Shown here: piece after piece, positions 15,591 through 34,230 of the stretch
Numbering within the stretch: position 1 is the first letter of the stretch
Layout of the letters: each line of letters begins with the position of its first letter
Origin: Trichoplax adhaerens
Taxonomy: Eukaryota > Animalia > Placozoa
Length of the DNA stretch: 64,000 bases
Reading direction: 5' to 3'
Assembly: GCF_000150275.1 (NCBI RefSeq)
Contig: NW_002060949.1
Span: 2,601,836-2,665,835, forward strand
Made by a program: the position numbers and the translations under genes
The notes under the pieces: generated by a model
Databases searched by the model: none
Told to the model about the DNA's origin: nothing
What the model saw: only the letters and a program-made list of their open reading frames with translations

Positions 15591-17232
15591 GATGCTCACA
15601 CTGATCTTTATATTCATCATTTATAATTTTCTTGTAAATACTCAACTTTTGTAGTGTATTTGTAATAAGTCTTTTAAATTAATGCCTAGCCAAGCTATAC
15701 ATAGGTGCAATTTTCGAAAAGTAAATGGTATAGAGTCATCACGAAATATACCAATAACAATCTTCTGATCTTATACTGGGTAAACTATTCTATTCCATGG
15801 ATACTTAACTTAATATTGACGTTATTGCAGCGACACATGATGTATCACTGATTAACATCAAATATTTTGAATTCTAACGATTACAAAATAGAAAAACATT
15901 TCTATACCTAACTGTAGATAATCCACAGTATCTTGTTTTGTAACATTGTAGCTAATTTATATCTCTTGCATTACATATTAAGTTTGTTCAATAAATTCTA
16001 CAGTAGTTAAATACATAAAATAATTTTACCTTTGTATGTTTACGCATCTTATTGAACATGTTATTGTAGGAATTAACTAAAATTCGTGGATATATTTTGC
16101 ATGCAAAAAGTTTTTTAAAATAACTGGTCAAATTATAAATTAATTTCAATGCTTGAGGATTTAGCAAGAAGCTATTGATGCTAAATTTAAAATTGCAGTA
16201 CGAAAGTTTATATTTATAAAAGTTTATAATATCTAAACTTTAAATCATATGACTAATGCTCGATAACATAAATATACAGACTTGAAGATTTAGTACTTTA
16301 ATCCACAATAGCAAACTTCTGTATTTAGTATAGCTGAAAATGCACGGGTAATTCACAGATAATAAATCAACCCGAGAGTTAATTACATATAGAATAAGTA
16401 CCAACCGTGCCAAAGCGAGCATTAATTACATATTACGATAAATTTAGTACATTTGGGGAGTTAGGGTGGAATAAATTTTCCTAAGCTAATAATCATGGCC
16501 ATAGGTAGGCTATTTACGATTCGATTAAAATTTAGTACTAAAGCAAGCTCTAGTTATATATCACGATAAATTTAGAATATTTGGTAATTTAGAGTAGAGT
16601 AGATTTTCCTAAAATAATAATTATAATCGTATCGATAAACTGCATACGGTTTTGATCGGAATTCGATACATGCATGACGAATTTGGTAGTTATTTTCTGA
16701 TCAAATAATTTAGTTCTATTAGGTAATTAAGTTCTAGTGTATGTTTTAATATCCTAATTTTACAACATTGGTTACTAAAATTGCTAAAGTGCTTTTTACT
16801 AATAGTTTATCAATGCTGTAGCTACTTGTTAGAGAGTCTCAGGTATTACTCTAAACTTTTTGTATGATTATTTATTTTTGAAGGAGTGACTGCTAGGACT
16901 ATCATAGGACATGATAGGTTAGTAATTTTAGTTTAATAAGTGAGGAACATCTCGTAGAATTATTAAAATTTTTATAGCCTTAAACCCCAATAAAATTTCA
17001 TATACTTTTGTAAATTGTTTTTCGAACCAGTCTTGCTAAGTATCATTTCATTTATCTTCAATGTAAATTTACCCCTTTTCCTTCTCTGTTATTTGGCAAA
17101 GGCGAATCGAAAAATAATTTCTGTACGCCTACGTACTCGTGACTAGCAAAACTTGTGAAGTAGCTTTCTGCTTGGTGATTTTTGTGTCAAAGATGTAAAT
17201 CAACCAGATTACAAATCCATTTTCTTTTACAG

Positions 17233-17933
17233 TCAAATGCCAGCTAAACCCAAGTGCCAATGACAATTACTAATGGCAATTCAAACTCATTTCGTTGTCA
17301 ATGTCGACCTGGCTATACCGGAAATAAGTGCCAAACAGGTGCATTAATAGTAACATACTTTATGTAATGGAAATACCTATATTAGATCGTCATTATTACG
17401 TCTTCATATGCAAATAATATCGAATATGTAGCTTTTTAGCTATTAATGAATGTCTCTCGAATCCATGTCATCATGGGAAGTGTGTTGATCTACATACTAA
17501 ATATCAATGTCATTGTAATAAAGGAGTAACCAGTACAAATTGCGATCAGGGTAAGAAGAATTGTAATTTTATGCCTGCTGTAAATATTAACAGAACGCCT
17601 TACTTAATAACTAATAGTTCCTGATTTGAAAGACAAATGTTAGCAGTTGCATAAATTTTAGCTTCCAAAGGTAGATGCAACAATTTACATTGCTATTATA
17701 CGCCTACGATGTAAAGCCACCTTAATTGATTAAAATTCCTACATAAATTCTCTTTTTAGCTAAGGTATAAGCATATACTTTTATGATAAATTTTTATATT
17801 TAAACGGTATCATTAATTAATCGCTGCCGATTAGCCTATGAAAAATCCAAAGACATGAATAAAAATTGGTATAAAGCCAAGGACAATGTCAATTGTACAG
17901 CCGTAGCTCAAAGTTTATCAACGAGCCTTCAGG
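17233..17933 (+). pseudogene. Orphan, degenerate EGF-repeat gene fragment (Notch/fibropellin-like exons)
   Basis: Exon 17440-17550 (111 nt, phase 1-1) encodes an intact Ca-binding-type EGF, INECLSNPCHHGKCVDLHTKYQCHCNKGVTSTNCDQ. Exon 17233-17338 (106 nt) encodes an EGF ending FRCQCRPGYTGNKCQT but is frameshifted and has lost Cys residues. A third open phase 1-1 exon may lie at 17835-17933. No start or signal exon found. Confidence 0.65.
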
Positions 17934-18279
17934 GTAATTAGTTTAATATTAATTTATTCAGCTTCTATGACGATAGTTGAAACATTCATGTCCATTGGGG
18001 AGGTTTCAATAAAATGACTACTGGGATGAACAGGAACAAAACGCCGTAGCTAACGAATTTGCATTTCTATTTCTACAAATTTCAATGTGAAGACTTCATA
18101 ATTCAAAAATTAAAATTGTTAACAGGAATGATCAAGTTTGTATAGTTTAACCGACTATTAACAAGCTCAAACATTGAATGAATAGTTGTATAGCACTTAA
18201 CTAAGTTATCTACGGTACGTCAACACCCATAACGGACTATAGTAATAATTTTTGTGTTCTACAGTAATTGATCCTCAGA

Positions 18280-21200
18280 TTAATAAATAGTTGTATTTGA
18301 CATTAGATGTGTATCTATGACTCTTCTAAATCGTTTATGCTTTTGGTATGGTGGTCTTGATTGTGATCGATATTTCAATTTACCATGTGCATAATTTTCG
18401 TACGATTTCTCTAGAAGTGTAAGAGAAGAAAATGGCATTAAATTCATTGATCTTCATTATCATCATGGTAGTTAGTTCATTTCCGAATCTACAATGTTAC
18501 TCATCTGCAATCTGTTATACCTATTAGATATAGAAGTTATCGCATCTTATGGCATATAATAAAACGTATACACGTAAGCTAAAAGTAATTACGAATTTAG
18601 ACTGTACCAATATTAGAACTTTGAGATATTCCAGTCGTATTTTCTCATCATTTATTGGCGATTAATTACTTATTTTAATTGCTACTCAAATACTACCATT
18701 ATTTACGGGTTGCAATATTTTACAGCTCTCATATACTTATAGTCTATGAATGTGTACCAATTTCATATTTTTTCGTAAAAAGAATTGCATCAGGTCTTTT
18801 TCCCATAACCAGATGTGTTATTCACATTAACTATCGATAAGCGCATGGAAGGGAACTGGTGATATTAAAACATTGGCTAGGGTGTTTACTAATAATATAT
18901 ATTAATCACGGGTATAGTTATATTCATATTGTTTTGTATAATATCTTATAAAATAATAAAATGTCGAATCTATTCCGCGCTCAATATCAAACATTTTTAT
19001 TTACGCTAGCTAATCTTATAAATAGGACAGACAACGTTGAAAGTACTGATTTGCTCTATGTCTATGAGTTATACTTATGTACAGTACCTATCGTAAGCAC
19101 ATTACTTTCATATTTATTATATAATTGCAATAGAAGGAAAATTTGGTTGGTTATAAGAGTATGGAAGATAAATGTATCAAATCTATTATCTAGTTGTCAC
19201 CCCTCGTGCGGTACTTATTTACAGTAACTTTTGAGTGGTTTAGATAATATTGAAATACGGATTAAAATTTCTTTTTTTGCTTACCGTCTTGACATTCATA
19301 CCAATGTTTTAAATCTATTGATGGAATAGCATCGCAGTCTGTGATATCCCCTTCGTAATAGACGTTAAGAAAAACATCATTTTGAACGCGAGTTATATTA
19401 TCTCCATTATCGCACAGAATCCGTGCTAAACTGCTGCGTTTAATTTGAGTAAGTTGATTAGGAGAGAATTGAGCTTTATTTTCATACCAAAATCGATCAC
19501 CAGCACGTAAACGATTAAATTGCAAAGCTATTAAACAAGCAAATGTTGGTCCAACTCGACCTCCGAATAAAGCATCCTCGGCCATAGCACCAACCCATAA
19601 ATCAATATTGTTAGGATGTTGATAAGCTTTTTCTAATTTATTTAAAATGGTTCGATTTGTAATCTCATTGGATAATTCATGAAAATGGGTTGCTGCTGGT
19701 AAATTACACATAACGCGATAGTGGTTATAGCTAGGTAAACCATGATCTCGTCCGCGTTGAATATTTAATGAAGCCAAATCGAGAGCAATTTCATGAGCCA
19801 TACCAAATAAATGATCGGTTAATTCTTCATTTAACATTCTATCTGATCGGCTTAATTTGCTCGGGAAGAAGATTAACCCACGTAATATTGGATCAATACT
19901 ACCTTCATGAAGTAATCTTGAAGGTGCAAAAAATGCATCTCTTAAACGTAAATGACCCTGCGGAATAGGTTGATATAATTCATTAAGCCGGAATAGAGTT
20001 GGTCTTACTGTACCATGGCCAAATCGGAATGCAGCGGTGGCAAATGAATTAATTAACGTCGCGTCTGCATCCGGTTGGTAGTTCTGATATTTTCCAAGTA
20101 GCTTTAAACCTTCTTGACCTAATATTTTAGGTAGGAAATTGTGAAATGTAATATGTTGTATTTCTGCAATCACTATTTTACGTGCTTCTTGAAATATCTT
20201 TTCACCGTTCCAATTATAGTTGAGCTTTTTTAGTTTGCTAGCTATTCGATTGTGTTCCCTCATCCAGATCGTGTGCATAGCGGTTAATGCTAATTGCTCA
20301 TTAACTCGAATGTCACCTGCTAAAAAACATGGAACACTTTGATCTTGGTCATCAATCTGGCAATCAACCGGGGCGCCATTATGGAAGGGTAATAATCGTT
20401 TCCTTGGGGAAATTTTAATACCCTCCTTTAGCAAACCTTCATCATGGTCTAAATCGCGCAAACGCCTAACTTCTTCTTTGGAAGAACCATAAATAGTCGA
20501 TCCATCAATATAAGATGTAACTTGATTAAGCTGCTGTCGAGGTAATAGCTCATTAAAAAATATGCTAGAGAGACCAGTACCACAAGCAGCACTGGAGCGT
20601 GTAAATTCGATGCAGGCATCCTTAGGTACTCTCTTATCATTAGGTGCAGGATAGATTGGAAAACAAGGAGGGTCATTCCGACATAATTTATCACATGGTA
20701 TTCTACTTTTATATGTAGATCGACTGCTACTGCCAACAATTAAGCTAATATCGTGGTCAATAAATTGGCCCCATTGCATTAACATATGACTGAATGAGCC
20801 GTCATCGACAATACTCAATGTTGAAACAATGTTTTGCGAGACAAGTCTTGCCGGTGGACGGACTAATTTTTTAGTATCCCATCCTATAGGTTCATTTAAA
20901 TCATCTTCATAAGCTGGACGTAATAATCTTACTAGCTGTGTTAATGTAGTTCCTCGAGAAGGATATTGTAAATTATTACAACTTCCATCATAACTACGAT
21001 ATTTCATATGATAACAGAGGTTTGAACAATCAGGCTGTTTGTACATTTGCTGATTGCAACCAGTCAAGTTAGCAATCATGGCAATATGTCGTGGCGAGAG
21101 AATTTTGCTAAGGTGAGCAAAGGATGATGGAGATATATCTAATCGGCTAGCCAAAATAGATAATGAAGTTTCAAAAATTGCATGTCTTGCCACTAATTTG

Positions 21201-24078
21201 CTCGCATCTGGATTTGGATATCGTAGACTCATAAGTAACGCAGCAGGCGTTCGCTTAATTGTCTTGGAGAAAAGTGTCTGTTTAGTTGTAGCAATAGCTT
21301 CGTCAACATATTTAACTGCTAGTCTTACAGAATCAAGAATAACACCATCATCAATATAATCAGTTCTCGGCCCTAAATGCGCAAGAGCAACAATTAGCCA
21401 TTGACAGATATGTTGTTATTTTATCCCTTAAAATAGCTACTTTCAACCACTTACTTGCTCTTGCAACTTTAACAATCAATTCAGCTGAAATTAAATCATT
21501 GCGATTACGAGCTGTACATGTATATCTGCCAGCGTCAGCAACACCAATGCTGAAAATTCTTAGACCGTTTTTTTCAATTTTAATATGGCCAGTATTAATA
21601 ATTTGCTGATTGTTTTTATACCATACCATAACTGGTGATGGTTTACCGCGAGCACTACAAGGTAGAAACAAACTGTGTTCTCCTTCGCGAACTTGAATAT
21701 TGCGTGGTCTCTTGACAAATTGTAGCTTACTAAATCTGCTGTTATAGTCGTCAGCCCATGGATAAAATCCACCATATTGCAAACATTGATTTCGCTTATC
21801 GTCTTCTGATAAAACCCTTATTCTACCACCATGTGAAACAAAATGTTGTTTCATAGCTGGTAGGCGTCGATAAAAATTTTCAATACCTCTGCTTGTATCT
21901 AATCGCTGGCAATGAAATGCATGACTAGGCCCCCAAAAGTCATTGTTTATATCGCTAGTAAAGGCTATTGTAAAAATTATTATTCATGTTATTGCGATAA
22001 ATAATTTTTTACAGTTTTGTTAGTAAATTATGTAAAGTATCTTTAAAATTTTTCAGAGAGATACAAATTATGTTATCTTTAGTTTTTTGGTGTTAATGTT
22101 AAATTTTATATGATTATACTTACGGCAATATTCAAAATTGATTTCCTTTAATTCTGTAATGGCTTTGCCACTCAAACTGTCTGGCTTATAGCATGTTGGC
22201 CTATTCGATTGGCTTAATTTTACTCTGGCCCTACGTACTATTTGCAGCATTTGACAATCGCATACCAGTGGATTCTCGTCTAATCGACTAATTAATTTTT
22301 AGGAATATAGCATTAAATCTACGATCAATGGCATAATTAAAACTGTCTATAAATGAGGTACTGCTTATGTATACGTAATTAAAGGCATGTTAAAATTTAG
22401 TAAATGCCAAGTATAGCATTAGAGATAATAAATAGAACATTGTATTAACATACAAATACAGAAAGATGATATTTTATTTTACTAAACGATAGGTTGATTC
22501 ACAAAACAAAGAATTTGCTAATAAGATTCAGAGTAAGCATGAAATATGCACGTTTCAAGTCTTTCCTTACAGTATAATTAATGACGACAAGATCGGTAAT
22601 ATTCCTTTAGGAATGTGATGAAAATGATTTGATTGAAGGTGTCTAAGTTTTGTGTTTAAAGTGATAGAAATAATATAAAAATACTGTATAAAAGGCCATT
22701 TTCAACTGCTAATCATTATAATCAGTAAAAAACTTACAATTCTTTTAAATTGTGCAGATATCGAAAATTGTTCGGATATATATATGTTAGTCGATTGTGG
22801 TCAATATACCTTTTTAGATATTACAGGAAATATAATGACTTGGATTAATTTCCTATTTATATTTTAGGCGACGATATACTTAGATATAAAAATTTATTTA
22901 ATAAATGATATTCTTAAAACTGTAACTAATAGAAATTTATGACTTTCGATCAAAATTTTAGAATAGTTACGTCTGCACTACTGCAGTATTATATAACTGT
23001 TGTATAGGTGAGTTATGTTGTAGTAGTATCCATTCATTAACGACTCGTTTGTATTTGTTATAATAAGAAATATGTCTAATTTAGATGGATTGCTCCAAAC
23101 AGTATCTTTAAAGATCAAGGTAACATCTAATCCTGTATTTGTAGATCTTTAGACGTCTGTCTAAATTTTAATTTTAAATATTATTGGCGTTAACATAGTT
23201 AATTAAACATCGAATGTAGACCTCTTACAGTTTTTTTAATGATGTTAAATCTTCGAATGCATTTTCCTCAATAGTTGAAATTTTATTGTAGCTTAATATC
23301 CTAATGATGGATTTTAAATAATTAAAAAATGAAAAAGTGAGTAATAGAGTATTTATCTACTGTATTACCGTGCATTACAATGGACAGTCTTTGATTTTAG
23401 TTGGAATTCTTTTACACCTTCTAATCAATAAAATCGTCACTTGACTTACAAGATATTTAGTTTGTGAAGATGATTCAGTACTCCTTCTGGGATAATTTCA
23501 ATCTTATTAAATCGGAGATCCCTAGCACATGTATACGATTTTATATCAAGATATAAATCTGAGTTTTTAATGCTAATGCTCTAACACGTATAACATATCG
23601 AATTTTCTTATGCTATAACTGCGATAGTCTATCATATATGCTACAATTATAGATCGGCTAAAGAAATGAAGAAATTTTGCTAATATTGCGGACTAAAAGT
23701 AAGTGTAAAAATCATCGTATAAATTAAATATTGGTAGAGTAATGTACTCTTATAAAATATGTTTCTAACTATCGGCTTACTATCTTGGATAACTGATGAA
23801 TCTCAACGTACGAGTGCATGACATTATATATTGGATATAATTAATCAATACTTTGATTCATTGAAAACTATCTTTACTATGTCTACATACAAAGTTAAGG
23901 TTTTCGTTGATGTTGGTGGGATACGGATTAAGTCAGCATGTTGGCAATGCATTAAAGTTTCATCAAGGCAGTTGCATGCAGCTGGGCAGGTAGGACTAAT
24001 CTTGTTTATCTGACCAAATGCAGTACTGATGCATTTAAAGATGATGTACAGATTTATGATATACCGTAGGAAATTCAT
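18280..24078 (-). CDS. PXDN: Peroxidasin (signal peptide, LRRs, one Ig domain, heme peroxidase); last exon uncertain
   Basis: ATG 24078 with signal peptide and LRR-NT (CPAACNC). Four 72-nt LRR exons, LRR-CT (LDENPLVCDC), one Ig (LPCSARGKPSPVMVWYKN...DAGRYTC). Peroxidase exon 21372-19285 carries MQWGQFIDHD, GDIRVNEQ, FRFGH and NIQRGRDHG. Candidate terminal exon 18410-18280; otherwise the ORF reads through to a stop at 19262. Confidence 0.93.
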
Positions 24079-24932
24079 CTTCTTCGATGATAAGGAATGT
24101 ATGATAAAAGTAATTGCAGGAAGTAAAATTCAAATACTAGATGCGGATCGGTTTTATTGAACGATGATTGGAGGTTAAGGATAAGAACTCTTCATTTAGG
24201 TGTTTGAAAAACTTCTTACTACTACAATATCAACAACACGAATTCGTCTGTAACTATAATAAAGCTGCAGTACAGTACTATCTAACAAGCCGGTTATGAA
24301 ATTAATGGAACTTTTATATCATAAGCTCACTCATTGATCACACTTATTTTTAACACTATCAGTAAGCAAACAAATATTTGATTGTACTTGTAGAAGTCAT
24401 CGCGAGATGTAAAAAGTTCATAGTAAACAACAAGAGTATCTTGTTATTCAGCTTCATTTTTCGCACCCTAGGAGAAAGCTTGAATAGTTTTATTTTTCTT
24501 CGTGTTGATAAATTTTGAAAATGGAAATTGATGGAAATTTAAATTTGTACCCATCACAACATATAGAGAATATTACAACAAACATTGTATATGCCAGAAG
24601 AATTTTTCCTAGCTATTACATTGTATCATATGCAACATTTGATACAGCACTAGGTATGACCATCGACCAGGAACAATGTTGCATAAAATTGTTCTAAAAT
24701 ATCGCTTTTAAGTATTAAGTGTCAGAAATAACATCCATTTCTGATCTAAATATGCGTTATTATGTTTGCTAGCGTATAGCAGTTGACCCAGGCAATCACA
24801 ACGACAGTAGTGGAATTATTCATTTTTACAAGATGAGATTCAACCAAAAATGACCGCAACAAGTAGACTTGGCGAATATTTGAATCGACCTTACTCTTCA
24901 TGAAGCATTATTTGATGGATAACTTGTAGAGT

Positions 24933-25307
24933 TTATGTAGATTCTTTTTCTTGTCTTTGTTTTTCAGCTCTGATGGCAGCGATTCTTCGTTTCTAAACAG
25001 TGTCAATGGGTTGTTTAGATTTAAATTTGAATCAACTTATCTTCGTAGTACACTAAGTACAGTATATTAATAACCATTTTCACACGACTACTTGGACAAC
25101 AGAATATCATCAAAGCTGCAAATGGCAGAAATACATTGACAACTTTCTTACCAATTTCGTATGATGTAAACACTCGAGATAATCATCGAATTCAAGTGTA
25201 CATTTTTCACCATGTAGGGCACCCACACGAGCCATACAATACATCAGATCTTGCCATAAAGGGTAGCATCGACCTTTCCCACCAGTTACTCCGTGACTAA
25301 ACACCAT
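24933..25307 (-). CDS. NDUFS5: NADH dehydrogenase (complex I) 15-kDa subunit, twin CX9C
   Basis: Two coding exons give MVFSHGVTGGKGRCYPLWQDLMYCMARVGALHGEKCTLEFDDYLECLHHTKL-KRRIAAIRAEKQRQEKEST*, with CX9C...CX9C and the DYLECLHH signature. Confidence 0.85.
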
Positions 25308-25483
25308 CTTCTAAATCCATGAGAAAAACGAGTTATTATGATTAACAGAACTATACTAACTTTCCTTACTAATATTAGAAGGATACTATTACACAGTTTT
25401 ATCAGTAAGAGAAAATTCGATTCATAATAACATTTACTTTTCAGTTACAGACCTCAAGCAGATGCCCATCAACGTCAACGATT

Positions 25484-26772
25484 CAAAATGGCGTTATTGC
25501 TTTTTCTGGCTACAGAGGACTAGCGTACTGTACAATTCGCCGTGCGCGCATGCGCAGTGCTGGGCGGTCGTTTGTAATACAGTACGGTGTGGTACAGTAT
25601 GCCAACTACTAATGACAGTACTCTACTGTATAGTGTACTGTACACCCCAGTAACTGTACCTTACAGTGTACAGTGTACAGTACTTTTTTTTTCTATCCGG
25701 TCTCTGGCCTTAGTATTGTGGCCAATGGGCATACTGTACAGTGTACAATATGCAGTAGTTCGGTGGTCTGAGCCTTCTGGGCCACCGTAATACTGTACTG
25801 TATAGTACAGTACTGTAGTGTACTCAGTGTACTATAGCTGCCAAAAGGAGAAGTACAGTACAATACAGTACAGTAATGAAGAAGAAAGCTGTTGCAGTTG
25901 TTGTTTACTAGCATACTGTAGAATCCCATTTATTAATAGGACATGGAGCATATGTCGTGCTTTTAGTGTTTCAAACACGAACCATTCAGTAGCTATGGAG
26001 TATGGCTTTCATTCCAATGTGAAATCACCGATACGAGACTGATTGCTTTTAAATGCTGCATGAATGTACGAGAGACAAGCTTGCATCTCCTAAAACATGG
26101 TGCGACTACAGTACAGTGCTGAATGTAGACTGTACTGTATAGTGAGATCTACCATAGGAGTGTCTACGCAGACTCAAATATAACTTCAACCATGGCTTCC
26201 AGTCGTTACACACACATGGAGTCCATGGGTGATACACAGGGTCGAGGACAATTTGACGCCGACAATTTACCGCTGTACAATGTAGTAGTACTGTATAGAA
26301 TGGAAACAATATCAATCTCGATTTGATATTACCAGGATGAATTGAATACTTTGCAGCGTTCAATCCTATACACCGTAAAATGAATCGAATGCACTAAAGT
26401 ATCTGTTCTGATATGACGAGGGTGGATTGAATATTTTACAGCGTAAAATGGATTGAATGCGGTAAATTGAACGAGTCTGTGATACACATGGCTTCTTTTT
26501 AATTCATCATACTGTACTGTACAGTACTATTCTGTGCCGTACTCTACAGTACACTACTGTACACTGTACTGTACACTGTACAGTACAGTACTAGAGTCTC
26601 AGCTAATCCCTGATTCTGAGTGTTCAGTGCTATCACTGCGCAGGGCCGTTACAGTACAGTACGGTACGGTAGGGTCTGTCAGCTCACCGGCAAACTTCAA
26701 CATCCTGAAAGGTCAACCGGCAGTCCGGAACGCTACTGCACATACATACGATACTGTAGATAGTACAGTATA
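25484..26772. promoter_or_regulatory. Bidirectional promoter NDUFS5/HADHA with three ACAGT clusters, NRF1 and YY1 motifs
   Basis: YY1-type CAAAATGGCG at 25484-25493. Perfect NRF1 consensus CGCGCATGCGCA at 25545-25556. ACAGT clusters at about 25575-25920, 26105-26145 and 26510-26772. Confidence 0.7.
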
Positions 26773-26853
26773 GCGCGCGCTGCTAGTTGCAATACAAGTC
26801 TCTCACTGCGAAAACTGTCAGTTTGGTTCAAAGGTTGCTCCGTGTGTGCTGCA

Positions 26854-33375
<6,522 letters not shown>

Positions 33376-34230
33376 TAGTAGTTTATGTTTGTATGAGTAA
33401 GAATACTTAAAATAATCTTAATGGTGTCATATAAGTACGTTTAAGAATGAGATTGGATTTTTCCAAGACTTATTGCTTTAAATTTTTGTTTACCGATAAT
33501 TGATAATTGCACACTGGTGGCATAAGCGGCAGTTTACAAAGGTAGTTAAACAGAAAACGTTATCAGAAGCTGTACTGTATACTGAAGGAATTCTTATGAG
33601 GTTTTAGAAAATATATTATTTTATTGGTAATATTATGCAGTACTGAAATGTGTAAGAAAATAACAATTGAAATAAAAACAATTAAATTATGCATATTCAT
33701 TTGTCTGCCTTTTATGATGGAAGGATGTTTTTATTAATAATTGCTTCCTTTTTGAAGCTGAGTTGGTTCACTTTCAGAAATAATAGCGTATATTTCAAAG
33801 GAATAATTGTTTTTAAATCTACGACGTTACCATTAAATAAATGCAATTGATATGATCTGTTACGATAATATATAAGTAACATAAGGTTAAATTTGCATTA
33901 TGATGAATACAGACCATTATACTGTATATTTAGGAAGAAACAGATGTAGCTCATTTAAATAGCAACAGGTATGCCATATTGCCATTAATTACTTTACCGA
34001 TTTGGCTGTAGGTTATTTGCATAATGTTACTACTTACCTTATATATAAATCTCGCTGTTAAATTCTTGATGTGAGTTTGGAGATACCGATTGGCGAACGG
34101 GATATTGGCCTTCCAGTTCCTAGTACGAGTAGAATTTAATTTTGAAAGATCAATTATCTCTAGATCCTTCTCTGTACTTTTTATCTATTTAATTTTTAAT
34201 ATCACTTTTATCTGATACTTACCACTAGAA

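Noticed and set aside
19262-21232. Stand-alone intronless 656-aa peroxidase or horizontal transfer
   Set aside because: The frame extends upstream to an acceptor at 21372 and splices to Ig and LRR exons, so it is one exon of peroxidasin.
25462-26773. Short track ORFs rich in Y/C/T/V/S/Q (also 9181-9375, 55892-56433, 62382-62597)
   Set aside because: They are translations of the ACAGT low-complexity tracts, with no homology or splice logic.
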